Shown piece by piece: positions 18,864 to 29,080 of a stretch of 64,000 bases of DNA (positions are counted from its first letter, which is position 1; each line of letters opens with the position of its first letter). Source of the DNA: Bacillota bacterium (lineage in GTDB: Bacteria; Bacillota; SHA-98; UBA4971). Under the pieces are notes generated by a model. That model saw only the letters and a list, made by a program, of their open reading frames with translations, was not told the DNA's origin and ran no database searches. The stretch is taken from contig JAAYXB010000010.1 in NCBI GenBank assembly GCA_012516125.1, forward strand, positions 15,984 through 79,983, in the 5' to 3' direction. The position numbers were made by a program, and so were the translations under genes.

Positions 18864-19880
18864 CTACCGCACGGCGATCCCGTGCCTTTCTGCCGCAAGG
18901 TCAAGGAGGGCAAGGACCAGGCGTTCGTATGAGTAGCCCGCCACTGCCGCCGCTTTCGGGAAGTCGCTGTATCCCTCCTTCATTCCCGGAAGCGTGTTCA
19001 GTTCCAGGATGTACGGGCGTCCTTCCCTGTCCACGCGGAAGTCCACCCGGGCGCAGTCGGAGCACTCGAGCGCGCGAAAGGCCTGAGCAGCGAGTCGCTG
19101 AAGTTCCTCAGCGAGGCTCACTTCGATATTAGCAGGGCATTCGGTGCCGATGACGTCCTGCGATTTCAGTTCGTGGGAGTAGAAGCCCCGCGCGCCCCTT
19201 CCTGCGGCAGCGAAATTGACCTCGACGACAGGCAAGGCCATGGGCGGACGGTTTCCCAGGACTCCGACGGTGAACTCCCGGCCCTCGATGAACTCTTCGG
19301 CCAGGACGGGGCCGCCGTACGCTGCGAGGGTCCGTTCGAGGACGTGCCTGAGCGTCCGCTCATCGTCCACCACGCTGTCCTCGGAGATCCCAACGCTCGA
19401 CCCTTCCCGGGCCGGCTTCACGATGAGCGGAAACCGCAGCATCGCATCGAGGGGCGTCTCCGGCGTGTAGAACGCCTGGAACGCAGGCGTGGGAAGACCC
19501 TCGTGACGCAGGATCTTTTTCGTCGTATGTTTGGCGAGGCCAAGAGCGTGGACCTCTGCGCTGGACCCGGTGTATCTCACCCCCACAAGGTCCATGACGG
19601 CGCAGACCTGAAACTGCGAGGCCCTGCCCGCCGCACCAGCGTAGGTGTTGAACACGATATCAACACCAGCGGTCTTGAGCCGCTCCATGAACCGGTCGTC
19701 CACAGGTATCTCTACAACTTCGTGCCCTGCCTCCGCCAGGATACGCGATATAGCGGCGGTCGTGGCCTCCTGCTGAGCTATGCTCCGGCCGCGTTCCACC
19801 TCCGTTCCGCCCTTTCCGGGGCGCGCTGGCCCCGTCGCATGCCTTTCCTCGGGAGCGAGCGTGAGCACTCCGACTCTCAT
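18864..19880 (-). CDS. D-alanine--D-alanine ligase-like ATP-grasp protein
   Basis: PLIVKPAREGSSVGI, EEFIEGREFTVGVLG, ARVDFR..LELNTLPG. Confidence 0.85.
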   Translation of the reverse strand: MRVGVLTLAPEERHATGPARPGKGGTEVERGRSIAQQEATTAAISRILAEAGHEVVEIPVDDRFMERLKTAGVDIVFNTYAGAAGRASQFQVCAVMDLVGVRYTGSSAEVHALGLAKHTTKKILRHEGLPTPAFQAFYTPETPLDAMLRFPLIVKPAREGSSVGISEDSVVDDERTLRHVLERTLAAYGGPVLAEEFIEGREFTVGVLGNRPPMALPVVEVNFAAAGRGARGFYSHELKSQDVIGTECPANIEVSLAEELQRLAAQAFRALECSDCARVDFRVDREGRPYILELNTLPGMKEGYSDFPKAAAVAGYSYERLVLALLDLAAERHGIAVR

Positions 19881-19919
19881 GTCAGCAAGCCACCGTCCTT
19901 CCTGTGGTTGATGCCGATG

Positions 19920-20117
19920 CTAAGTGGGGGTGCGTTAGTCCCTGTCCCTTTCCCAGTACTTGGCGGGTTGCCGGTGTTGCACTCGGGGACGGCGCCCAAG
20001 CGGGGCGCGCTTCGCCAAAATCCGGCCCGTCGGGCAAGTGGCCGGATTTTGACACCCCTCGTGCAAGCACCGGCAACCCCTCCCAAAAGTCGGGAGCATT
20101 TCTGCACCCCCACTTAG
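19920..20117 (-). mobile_element. MITE, long form (198 bp)
   Basis: CTAAGTGGGGGTGC...GCACCCCCACTTAG; near-identical to 16695-16893. Confidence 0.85.
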
Positions 20118-20476
20118 TAGTTTTTCAACATGGAGACCGGAGAACCCTCCCCGGCACGTTGACCCTGACCCCGACCCTGGCGATGGCGCTGGCGCTGGCG
20201 CTGGTGCCGGCGCTGACGCTGACGGTGATGCTGACGCTGACGGTGGTTGCACGCGCCCCGTGCCGTGGGACGAGAGAAAACCACGGGAACCACGGAGCAA
20301 GCTCCCTGCACCCCACGAATGCCACAAATGTGCACGAAAAAGGGGGGACGCAGAGGGGCGCCAGCAGCAGCGCCTGATTGCGGCGAGAGCAGCCAACGCA
20401 GACGGCCGCGCAGCAGTGGCAGCTCCTCACGACGTGCCTCCCGATGTGCACGGGCGGACCACCCCGGCCGTGGGGC

Positions 20477-21427
20477 TCAGGTTGAACTCCCTCCCTGGCG
20501 AACCACAGTTCCCCGCTGTGTCGCGAAATACCTCAAGATCTCCATGGGCAGCGGGAAGAGGATAGTGGAGTTCTTCTCCACGGCGATCTCGGTCAGGGTC
20601 TGCAGGTACCTGAGCTGAAGCGCCGTTGGCTCGCTCGCGATGACGAGCGCCGCCTCGCGCAGCTTCTCCGATGCCTGGAACTCCCCGTCCGCCGATATCA
20701 CCTTCGCCCTGCGCTCCCGCTCGGCCTCAGCTTGCTTCGCCATGGCCCGCTTCATGCTTTCGGGGAGCTCAACCGCCTTTATCTCGACGGCGGATACCTT
20801 CACGCCCCACGGGTCGGTGGCCTGGTCCAGCAGGGACCTTAGCACCTCATTCAGCTCCCCGCGCTTTGCAAGCATGTCATCGAGCTCGTGCTGCCCCAGG
20901 ACGGAGCGGAGGACCGTCTGGCCGAGGAGCGTGGTGCTCTGCACATAGTTTGCTACTTTGGTTACAGCCAGAGTCGGATCGTAGACGTTGAAGTAAACGA
21001 CGGCGTCCACCATCACCGGGACGTTATCGCGGGTTATGATCTCCTGCCTGGGGACGTCGATGGTGAACGTGCGCAAGTCCACCATCCACAGCTTGTCGAT
21101 ACCGAAGGGAAAGGTCACGTTCAGGCCCGGCCGGAGGACGCCTGACAGTCGTCCGAACCGAAAAAGCACGCCGCGCTGATATTCCGGGATGATCCTGGGC
21201 ATCCTGGGAAGGACCAGGATCGGAATGAGGAGCAACAAGAACGACAGGACCGTCCCTGCCACGCTGAACGTGAACAAGCCCCAGATGAGGCCCAGCACGA
21301 GCATGAACACGAAAAGCAATCGTACCCTCGCTATGAGCGCGAGGACCGCCCACAAGCCCCACCACGCCGCCACGAACCAGAACACGAGCAGGCAGATCTC
21401 GCGAAGTCCAGGCACCAACCTGGCCAC
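20477..21427 (-). CDS. SPFH/stomatin (slipin) family protein with extra N-terminal membrane segments
   Basis: EYQRGVLFRFGRL, ITRDNVPVMVDAVVY, AMAKQAEAERERRAK, ALQLRYLQTL. Confidence 0.92.
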   Translation of the reverse strand: MARLVPGLREICLLVFWFVAAWWGLWAVLALIARVRLLFVFMLVLGLIWGLFTFSVAGTVLSFLLLLIPILVLPRMPRIIPEYQRGVLFRFGRLSGVLRPGLNVTFPFGIDKLWMVDLRTFTIDVPRQEIITRDNVPVMVDAVVYFNVYDPTLAVTKVANYVQSTTLLGQTVLRSVLGQHELDDMLAKRGELNEVLRSLLDQATDPWGVKVSAVEIKAVELPESMKRAMAKQAEAERERRAKVISADGEFQASEKLREAALVIASEPTALQLRYLQTLTEIAVEKNSTILFPLPMEILRYFATQRGTVVRQGGSST

Positions 21428-21742
21428 CTCCTCCTTACGCTTCCTTCACCTGGCTTCGGACCTCGGGATCCCGGGCATTGTTACCCCCGGGATCGCAGGC
21501 ATTGTTACCGAAGTGAGCCTGCCTTCCTCCCCAACCAGGCGACATCGGCGCCGTCCGACGTCGGGATGGAGCGCTCGCCGAAGAACCGTGCGCACGAGAT
21601 CTCTGCAAGAGCTTATCGGTTGAGGCGCGGGTACGACGGAGGGCTACCTGATCGACATCAAGTGAATCCGTGTGAAACAGCGAGAAGGGCCGGCGCCAGA
21701 GTAGCGGCCGGCCCCAGTCGGTCCAGTCGGCAACGGAGGCTG

Positions 21743-22978
21743 TTACGCCCTGGCGGCAGGCGCCGCGGGAGCGCGCCTCACAAGGAGGTCCGGGTCCACG
21801 TCTTCTCTCTCGGTGGCAGCCACCAGCGCCGCCGCTACAGTGTCGTCCACCACGTTCACGCAAGTCCGCGCCATGTCCAGGACCCTATCGATACCAGCGA
21901 TGAGAGCTAAGCCCTCAAGCGGGACGCCAATGGCGCTGAGCACCATGGTCAGCATGATGAGCCCTGCTCCGGGCACTCCTGCCGTCCCGATGGATGCTAG
22001 GATCGCAGTGACAGCAAGCAGGACATACTGCGAAAGCCCCAGGTGAACGCCAAAGGCGTTCGCGAGGAACACGGCGCACACCGCCTGGTAAAGCCCGGTC
22101 CCGTCCATGTTGACCGTGGCTCCCATCGGAAGCACGAACCCTGCCGTAGCCTTGGAAACGCCCGCCTCCTGCACGACTCTCATCGTCACAGGCAGCGTGC
22201 CCGAACTCGAGCATGTGGTGAAGGCCACGAGCGCCGCCTCGCGAATCCGGTAGAGATAGCGTAGCGGCCTAATGCCCCCGATGAATCGCAAGAACGCCGA
22301 GTAGACGATCCCCACCTGCAGGATACAGCCCAGATAGACGACAAAGATCAGCAGCGCAAACGGTGCAAGCACCTTTGCTCCAAAGTTACCGACGGTCCAT
22401 GCAATGAGCGCGAACACGCCCACGGGAGCGTAGTACAGAACGATGTCCACTACGCGGTACATAGCCTCGGCGAGACCCTCGATGGCCTTCTTGATCGGGT
22501 CGGCAGCCTGGCCGGCCATGCCCATGGCGACCCCGAAGACGATGGCGAAGAAGATAATCTGAAGGGCGTTTCCGCGCGCGGCGGCGTCAACCACGTTGGT
22601 CGGAACGAGCTCGAGGACGATCTGCGAGAACGGCGGTGGTAGCTTCGGCTCCACCTTTGCGAGCTCTCCAAGGGTGAGGCCGACGCCGAGGTTAAACGCG
22701 TTCGCAAGAAGCAGTCCGATTATGACGGAGCATATCGCTGTGGCGTAGTAATAGATGAACGTCTTCAGCATCATCCTGCCGAGCTTGATGCCGCCGACCC
22801 CTGCGACTCCCGTGGCGAGGGTGCTGAAGATGAGGGGCACCACGAGCATCGAAAGCAGCCTGATGAAGAACGTCCCGAACGGCTTCAGCCACTCGGCCTT
22901 CGGCCCGAGGATGAGCCCTGCGACGATTCCCAGCAGGAACCCTAAGAATATGTAGAGCACAAGCCTTTGCCTCTTCAC
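21743..22978 (-). CDS. Dicarboxylate/amino acid:cation symporter (DAACS)
   Basis: AFTTCSSSGTLP, PMGATVNMDG, IAGIDRVLDMART; GTG start with GAGGAGG RBS. Confidence 0.93.
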   Translation of the reverse strand: MKRQRLVLYIFLGFLLGIVAGLILGPKAEWLKPFGTFFIRLLSMLVVPLIFSTLATGVAGVGGIKLGRMMLKTFIYYYATAICSVIIGLLLANAFNLGVGLTLGELAKVEPKLPPPFSQIVLELVPTNVVDAAARGNALQIIFFAIVFGVAMGMAGQAADPIKKAIEGLAEAMYRVVDIVLYYAPVGVFALIAWTVGNFGAKVLAPFALLIFVVYLGCILQVGIVYSAFLRFIGGIRPLRYLYRIREAALVAFTTCSSSGTLPVTMRVVQEAGVSKATAGFVLPMGATVNMDGTGLYQAVCAVFLANAFGVHLGLSQYVLLAVTAILASIGTAGVPGAGLIMLTMVLSAIGVPLEGLALIAGIDRVLDMARTCVNVVDDTVAAALVAATEREDVDPDLLVRRAPAAPAARA

Positions 22979-23190
22979 ACAACTCACCTCCTCTCCTGTA
23001 CAATTGCAGGCGGAACCTTGTCGCCTAGCCCCGCCCGCTCCTTTGACACCTCTATTCGATATGGCACACGGAAATTCCTTCCGCATAGGCCACGGGGTCC
23101 GACGGCTGTCAAACGCAAGCGCCAGTCGAACGAAGAATGCCACTCACCGGCCCGGCGTGGGCGAAGCTCAACCAACCTTGATAAACAACG

Positions 23191-23247
23191 AAAAAGGGCC
23201 CTGGCGATGCGGACCTCGCACGAACGCAAGTCCGCGCCACCAGGGCC
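23191..23247 (-). terminator. Intrinsic terminator after tRNA-Val(GAC)
   Basis: GGCCCTGGTGGCGCGGAC...GTCCGCATCGCCAGGGCC then CTTTTT. Confidence 0.7.
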
Positions 23248-23314
23248 ACTCCTTCAGCGGCTACCCCTTACGCGGCCACCCCTCCTGCCGCGTTCCGGCA
23301 ACAAGGCGCAAAAA

Positions 23315-23391
23315 TGGTGCGACGTGCTGGAATTGAACCAGCGACCTCAGCGATGTCAACGCTGCGCTCTAGCCAACTGAGCTAACGCCGC
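23315..23391 (-). tRNA. tRNA-Val(GAC)
   Basis: Cloverleaf, anticodon arm CAGCG-TTGACAT-CGCTG, encoded CCA. Confidence 0.95.
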
Positions 23392-23443
23392 ACTTCACTA
23401 ACCGTATCGCTTCAGGGCCTTCCCCAGCCCTGTGCGCACATTC

Positions 23444-23472
23444 ATTGTAAGGAATCCTGTCGTGTTTGTCAA
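23444..23472 (-). promoter_or_regulatory. SigA promoter of tRNA-Val(GAC)
   Basis: TTGACA-N17-TACAAT. Confidence 0.8.
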
Positions 23473-23788
23473 GCCCAAGAATGGCCGCGTGCCCGCCCGA
23501 TGCGATGGCTGCGCCTCTCGTGTCACGTGGGAGCGGCGGCTCGCCTCACTAAACGACCAAATGACTTTTCGTCTCGTCAACTCTTCGACTCCTCACCGCT
23601 TCACCTCTTGGCCCCTTCATCTTATTGCCTCATCGCCTGGTCACCTCTCCGTGAACAACGTCCTCATCCTCCCGCTCCGCACGCAACGCCCCGCAAAATC
23701 CTACAAACGCGCGCGAGGCCCTGGTTCGTCCATGGACCTCCGCCGAAGGCCTCGCACGCGCTCATGCCCCGCCCGAGGTGGACCATGC

Positions 23789-23831
23789 CTGGTCTGAACA
23801 CCCATGCCTGAACACCCTTGCCTGAACACCT
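23789..23831. repeat. Short tandem repeat, about 3 x 14 bp (TGCCTGAACACCC[A/T])
   Basis: TCTGAACACCCA TGCCTGAACACCCT TGCCTGAACACC. Confidence 0.6.
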
Positions 23832-23856
23832 GCGAGTTACTGTGTCGGCACCTTAC

Positions 23857-24054
23857 TTACATGAATACGATGACCTCTGGAACGCCGATGCGCCTCAGGA
23901 ACATGTACTCTGTCTCAGACACCCGGACGACAGAGATGTTCCCCGGGCTTCGTGGGACAAGTCCCACAAAGAAGCCCACCGGAGCTATGCTGAAGATAAA
24001 CAGCGTGACTGCGACGCCGCCGATTATCTGCCGAACGGCGGTCTCTGCATCCAT
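23857..24054 (-). CDS. Small hypothetical protein (65 aa), paralog of the next gene; possible spore protein
   Basis: Shares VVR(V/L)..EE(Y/F).FLRR.G.PE-like motif with 24078-24326; ATG with upstream RBS. Confidence 0.7.
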   Translation of the reverse strand: MDAETAVRQIIGGVAVTLFIFSIAPVGFFVGLVPRSPGNISVVRVSETEYMFLRRIGVPEVIVFM

Positions 24055-24077
24055 GGGTTCTCAGCCCTCCCTTTACA

Positions 24078-24326
24078 TCAATAAGGTGGCCCTCCCATGC
24101 CGGGCATCCCTGGCGACCCCGGAGCCATAGGCTCAATCACCCTGCATTCCGGGATACCGACCCGCCTGAGGAAAGCGAACTCCTCAGCCGTCAATCTCAC
24201 TATTGTGACTCTTTCCTGAACCTCGTCCTGGACAACGAGGAAGTACTGGTTCATACCGACCCTGAACACGCAGTGGAACACGATGCGCACGCCCATCGCC
24301 TGCATCGTCTCGGCCTGCTTTTCCAT
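24078..24326 (-). CDS. Small hypothetical protein (82 aa) with Pro/Gly/Met tail; possible spore coat protein
   Basis: RBS GGAGGGGG; IVRLTAEEFAFLRRVGIPEC; SigK-like promoter upstream. Confidence 0.75.
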   Translation of the reverse strand: MEKQAETMQAMGVRIVFHCVFRVGMNQYFLVVQDEVQERVTIVRLTAEEFAFLRRVGIPECRVIEPMAPGSPGMPGMGGPPY

Positions 24327-24360
24327 GTCCTGTTCCCCCCTCCGTGGTGATAGTCCACCC

Positions 24361-24389
24361 TATACTATGAGACCGCGAGGGAACCTGTT
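24361..24389 (-). promoter_or_regulatory. SigK-type promoter
   Basis: AACA-N16-CATAGTATA fits mACm-N16-CATANNNTA. Confidence 0.55.
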
Positions 24390-24759
24390 CATGTAGGGCC
24401 GGTGTCCTGTGTGTGCCAGCGTCTTCCATATCTTTCGGACTACCGGGGGGAAAGTGGGCCGAGAAGGGCGCCTGTCTTGCGCTCAGGTTGCGTGGAGAAC
24501 CGCGAAGGACGTCTGATGTCCGCCCCCGACGATGGCAACAACGTGAGAACGCCCCGCGGGCGGCGCGGGACGGGCGACCCGGCGCGCGGCCTACCAGGTT
24601 TGGAAAGCCGCTTGCCAAGCTGAAGGACCTTCGCCATGACGAACGGACGTCCTGGGAATTCGGCGCACCGTTAGGGACAACGGTCTTGCGCTAAAAGCGA
24701 CTGGAAAAAGTGGCGTGAAGACGAGGCACGTAAGCCGCGTAGCAGGCCGTACAAATTAA

Positions 24760-24833
24760 TGGAGGCGACACCCGGATTCGAACCGGGGATAGCGGTTTTG
24801 CAGACCGCTGCCTTGCCACTTGGCTATGTCGCC
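24760..24833 (-). tRNA. tRNA-Cys(GCA)
   Basis: GGCGACATAGCCAAGTGG...CTGCAAA...TCCA cloverleaf. Confidence 0.95.
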
Positions 24834-24857
24834 TCACCACGGTATATATATAAACTA

Positions 24858-24932
24858 TGGAGCGGAAGACGGGATTTGAACCCGCGACCCTCGCCTTGGC
24901 AAGGCGATGCTCTACCCCTGAGCCACTTCCGC
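24858..24932 (-). tRNA. tRNA-Gly(GCC)
   Basis: GCGGAAGTGGCTCAG...TTGCCAA...TCCA. Confidence 0.95.
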
Positions 24933-25007
24933 TCGAATCCTTGATCTCTTCGTGCTGGCCCGTGGGACTTTCCGTGCCAACCGGTCAACCCCCGGCTCGC
25001 GTATCTT

Positions 25008-25036
25008 AGTTTACCACGTTCTCGCCGGACTTGCAA
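25008..25036 (-). promoter_or_regulatory. SigA promoter of tRNA-Gly/Cys
   Basis: TTGCAA-N17-TAAACT with extended TG. Confidence 0.75.
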
Positions 25037-25201
25037 TACCCTTTTGACCCGCTTTTAGCACGCATCTGGCCTGCCTCACGCTCTTACCCGCTGGCACTAC
25101 TCTCGATGAAATCAACTCGAGGCGGCCGTCGCTGGCAGTCTAACCCCTGGCAGGCCGGGGAATACTGTGCTTAAGAACCCGCTGCTCAGAAAGGATGAAG
25201 G

Positions 25202-26101
25202 ATGATGGCGCTCAGCGAGGAGGATCGCCACCTGGCCGAAAGGGTCCTCGAGTCCATCAAACAGGACGCCGGTCTTTGTGCTTATGAGATAAACGTAACC
25301 GCCCGCGATGGAGTCGTCCACCTCGCGGGCATTGTGGACGTGCAGGCCGAGAAGATGCGGGCTGAGGAGATCGCGGCCAGGCTGGACGGGGTCGCCGCAG
25401 TCGAAAATGACCTTACCGTCTGCGCAGACGGGCAGGTCACCGATGATGACGTGAACTTCGAAGTCTCCGAGGAACTCAGGCTCGATCCCCGCGTGGACTT
25501 CGGCCGGGTCTACGCCGAAAGCAAGCGCGGCGTAGTGCACCTCTATGGCAAGGTGGACTCCCTTGCTGACAGGCAGGCGGCCATCAGCGCGGCTGCCAGG
25601 GCGCGAGGGGTCAAGGAGGTGGTGAGCCACCTGGAGGTAGCCGGCGGAAAGGGCCTCGACGATCCAACCATTACAAACCGGGTTCGAGCAGCTATTGCGG
25701 CGAAGAGGGGGATCGACTCCGAGCTCATCTCCGCCACCACACGCCACGGAGCGGTCCGCCTCGAGGGACGGGTCCCCAGCGCGCGCCAGGCCGAGTTCGC
25801 AGAAGAGGTCGTTCGGAACACCGAGGGACCGCGGCGAATCGATAACCTCCTCATGGCCCCTCCTCCAGGGACAACAGCACCAGAGCAGGCAGCGCATGAG
25901 GTCAGACAGGCCCTGGCAAAACACCCGTCTCTCGCAGAGCGCGTTTCCGTCTCCCTCATGGACGGAAAGGTCGTGCTTGAAGGTGAGCTCGCCGACCTTG
26001 AGCAGAAGCGCACCCTGGAGAAGCTGGCGAGGCCCATCGTTGAGCGGTTCGGAAGAGAGGTCACGGGGCTCGACATGCGCGTCACCGTTGACACCCGATA
26101 A
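25202..26101 (+). CDS. BON-domain protein (multiple BON repeats)
   Basis: Repeated INVTARDGVVHLAGIV / GVVHLYGKVDS..GVKEVVSHL / GAVRLEGRV segments. Confidence 0.85.
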   Translation: MMALSEEDRHLAERVLESIKQDAGLCAYEINVTARDGVVHLAGIVDVQAEKMRAEEIAARLDGVAAVENDLTVCADGQVTDDDVNFEVSEELRLDPRVDFGRVYAESKRGVVHLYGKVDSLADRQAAISAAARARGVKEVVSHLEVAGGKGLDDPTITNRVRAAIAAKRGIDSELISATTRHGAVRLEGRVPSARQAEFAEEVVRNTEGPRRIDNLLMAPPPGTTAPEQAAHEVRQALAKHPSLAERVSVSLMDGKVVLEGELADLEQKRTLEKLARPIVERFGREVTGLDMRVTVDTR

Positions 26102-26318
26102 CCCATAGCCAGGCAGGCGATCCACTATGTGTCGCGGCCCATTACTGACACAGCTGGACTAGTACCGCGTTTCACAATTTCCGTCAGCTTTTCAGTCCTG
26201 CGTCCCGCACGCTCGCAAGTGCGAGCAACACGGCACCCTACACGGTCTTATGAAACGGAGTACTAGCCTCAACGGGAGCGTTGGAGGGACACCAACATCG
26301 AAAGGCCCCTCAAAACAC

Positions 26319-26394
<76 letters not shown>

Positions 26395-26402
26395 TAGAAA
26401 AA

Positions 26403-26480
26403 TGGCGGAAGCGACGGGATTCGAACCCGCGATCTCCTGCGTGACAGGCAGGTATGTTAGACCAGCTACACCACGCCTCC
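26403..26480 (-). tRNA. tRNA-Asp(GTC)
   Basis: GGAGGCGTGGTGTAG...CTGTCAC...GCCA. Confidence 0.95.
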
Positions 26481-26513
26481 GCGAAACTCTAATACAATTA
26501 TCGTGTTTACATC

Positions 26514-26589
26514 TGGTGGGCGAAGGCAGATTTGAACTGCCGACCCCCTCCTTGTAAGGGAGGTGCTCTCCCAACTGAGCTATCCGCCC
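26514..26589 (-). tRNA. tRNA-Val(TAC)
   Basis: GGGCGGATAGCTCAG...CTTACAA...ACCA. Confidence 0.95.
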
Positions 26590-26636
26590 GCTAACCATTG
26601 GCTTGCGCCGCACCCAATGCTCCCGGCGCAATACCG

Positions 26637-26665
26637 ATTATAAACTAACCTGCCGGGTGAGTCAA
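26637..26665 (-). promoter_or_regulatory. SigA promoter of tRNA Val-Asp-Phe
   Basis: TTGACT-N17-TATAAT. Confidence 0.85.
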
Positions 26666-26859
26666 TAGCAGTTTGCCGTTTTGGCCGCCGTCCGCTTACC
26701 ACCCAGGCCACGCTACACGTGCCGGCAACGCGCCGTCGATGTGATCCCTTCAAAGGCAAACACACGCGGCCACGACCCAGCGACCGCGTAGCGCGAGGGG
26801 TCCTCCATCCCCACGGACGCGGCGCCACAGGCGCCACCGCCTCAGACTACCTCGCCGTG

Positions 26860-27897
26860 CTACCTCGCCCTGCGTGACGCGTTCGCCACCCGTTCCAGAA
26901 GGTCGATCTCCTCCAACGCCCTGCCAGCGCCCATCACAACGCTCATGAGCGGATTATCCGCGCACCTTACCGGCATCCCCGTCTCCTTGGAGATATAGCG
27001 GTCGATCCCGCGCAGAAGCGCACCCCCGCCCGTGATGACTATTTCCTTATCTATCACGTCGCCTATGAGTTCGGGGGGCGTGTTCTCGAGCGTGCTACGA
27101 ACTCCAGCCGCGATCGACGCCATCGGCTCGGCCAGCGCCTCTCGCACCTCCTGCGATGTCAGGGTGATGCTCTTCGGAAGGCCGGTGACGTAGTCCCTCC
27201 CGCGCACCTCCATCGAGAGCTCTTCTTGCAACGGCCAGACCGAGCCTATGCCGATCTTCACGTCCTCCGCCGTGCGCTCACCGATCATGAGGTTGTAATT
27301 CCGTCGCACATGCCGCACGATGGCCTCATCCATGTCGTCCCCGCCCACTCTCACGGAGCAGCCGGAGACGATGCCGCCGAGCGAGATCACCGCCGCATTG
27401 GTCATACCGCCGCCGACGTCCACCACCATGCTGCCAGTCGGCTCTTGCACGGGCAGGCCCACGCCGATGGCCGCCGCCACAGGCTCCTCGATAAGAAACG
27501 CCGCCCGGGCACCCGCCTCAATCGTGGCATCGATGACCGCCCTGCGTTCCACCTCGGTCACGTCGGCCGGAACCGACACGATGACCCGCGGCCGCACCAG
27601 CGCTCTTCCGCGGCAGCCTCTTCTGATGAGGTAACGAAGGAGGTGCTTGGTCATCTCGAAATTCGCGATGACGCCCTGCTTCAAAGGCCGCACCGCGCGA
27701 ATAGCTCCCGGCGTCCGCCCGATCATCTGCTTGGCCTCGTTGCCTACCGCCAGCACCTCACCGCTAACCTCGTCGATGGCCACTACCGACGGCTCGAACA
27801 TGACGACGCCGCGCCTTGTGACGTATACAAGCGAGTTCGCCGTGCCCAGGTCTATTGCCATATCGCGGACAAAGAAGCTGTACCCATTACGCGCCAC
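26860..27897 (-). CDS. Rod shape-determining protein, MreB/Mbl family
   Basis: AIDLGTANSLVY, RPLKQGVIA, LIEEPVAAAIG, VDVGGG, TGGGALLRG. Confidence 0.93.
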   Translation of the reverse strand: MARNGYSFFVRDMAIDLGTANSLVYVTRRGVVMFEPSVVAIDEVSGEVLAVGNEAKQMIGRTPGAIRAVRPLKQGVIANFEMTKHLLRYLIRRGCRGRALVRPRVIVSVPADVTEVERRAVIDATIEAGARAAFLIEEPVAAAIGVGLPVQEPTGSMVVDVGGGMTNAAVISLGGIVSGCSVRVGGDDMDEAIVRHVRRNYNLMIGERTAEDVKIGIGSVWPLQEELSMEVRGRDYVTGLPKSITLTSQEVREALAEPMASIAAGVRSTLENTPPELIGDVIDKEIVITGGGALLRGIDRYISKETGMPVRCADNPLMSVVMGAGRALEEIDLLERVANASRRAR

Positions 27898-28109
27898 AGT
27901 TCTGTGCTCCTTTTTTTGCCCTCATTCTCCTGGCCTCATTGTTTGTTCAGTATTGAGAGCCTGTTATCGCCCTGACTTTGAGCTTTAGGAAGCTGGGCTT
28001 TCTGTTTTTTTGGCTTCTTCTTCTCCCTTTTCGCCGGCACCTTCGTACCCACGACGCTCCCTCCCTGGATCGACTCGGTTCTGCATGGGACGTCAAGACT
28101 CTCAACAAG

Positions 28110-28943
28110 CTATTCTATACTACTCCCGCCATTCCTGCTATTCCCCTGCTCTGAACGACCGTTCCCATCACTTCCCAGGCGCACTGCGTCCACCAGCGCT
28201 GTAAGGGCCAGGCCTGCCTTCGCGTGTATGACCACGTCTGCTCGACTGTCGTAGCCTGTCGGCATCAGGTTTATGATCGCGAGATGCGACGCCAGCGCCG
28301 GAAGGTAGCACACCGGCGCCACCTCGAGGCTGGACCCCACCGCAATGAGGAGGTCACACTCTATCACCGCCTGCTGGGCAAGGACGAAGTCAATGGGGAG
28401 AGGGTCTTCGAAGAGCACCACGTCCGGCTTGATCATCGCCCTGCACGCGCTGCACCTCGGTAGTTCACCGCGTCTCACCGCGTCCAGGACGAGCCCCATG
28501 TCGTAGGTTTTCCCGCACTTCACGCATGTGCCGGTCCGCAGGTGACCGTGGACCTCGAGGACGTTCTTCGACCCGGCCCGCTGATGGAGTCCGTCGATGT
28601 TCTGCGTGACCAGGACATCAACAAATCCCATCTCCTCCAGCGTGGCGAGGGCCCTGTGTCCGTCGTTCGGCTCTGCGGCCTGCGTCGTTTCACAGAGCTT
28701 GAGGATGAACTGGTAGAAAGCCTCCGGCCTCGTGCGAAAGGCGGTGGCGGACAGCACAGCCATAGGGTCGACTTGGCTCCAAAGCCCCGTCCCAGGGCTG
28801 CGAAAGTCGGGAATGCCGCTCTCCGTGGATATGCCTGCCCCGGTGAGGACGACGCATTTCCCAGCGTTCGTTACCATCCGGGCAAGCTCCACGATCTCGC
28901 GGGAAATCGAAGACGGTTCCTCAGGGACACTGCTCTCCGGCAT
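28110..28943 (-). CDS. cobB: NAD-dependent protein deacylase (sirtuin)
   Basis: TGAGISTESGIPDFR, TQNIDGLHQRAG, HG..CVKC..CSAC, GSSLEVAP; ATG at 28943. Confidence 0.93.
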   Translation of the reverse strand: MPESSVPEEPSSISREIVELARMVTNAGKCVVLTGAGISTESGIPDFRSPGTGLWSQVDPMAVLSATAFRTRPEAFYQFILKLCETTQAAEPNDGHRALATLEEMGFVDVLVTQNIDGLHQRAGSKNVLEVHGHLRTGTCVKCGKTYDMGLVLDAVRRGELPRCSACRAMIKPDVVLFEDPLPIDFVLAQQAVIECDLLIAVGSSLEVAPVCYLPALASHLAIINLMPTGYDSRADVVIHAKAGLALTALVDAVRLGSDGNGRSEQGNSRNGGSSIE

Positions 28944-29080
28944 TCTCTCTCCCCTCCACCGGCGGTAGACTGTGGTCCACGCCTGGTCCCGGCCTGCGGC
29001 CTCCAGCCTCGCGGCGTGCGGCCGGCGTCCGTCGCCCAATAATAAGGCAGGCCAGCGCCAGCCGGGCACGGCAGCGTTCG

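Noticed and set aside
19877-20113. ORFs starting MGVQKC/MRVQRC (also 45835-46182 and the 5' part of 54886-56436)
   Set aside because: They are translations of the MITE; treated under the MITE findings, not as independent genes.
20114-20335. 73-aa Arg/Gln/His-rich ORF whose stop is formed by the MITE end
   Set aside because: Product of a hexamer repeat tract, no RBS; not counted as evidence of stop-codon targeting.
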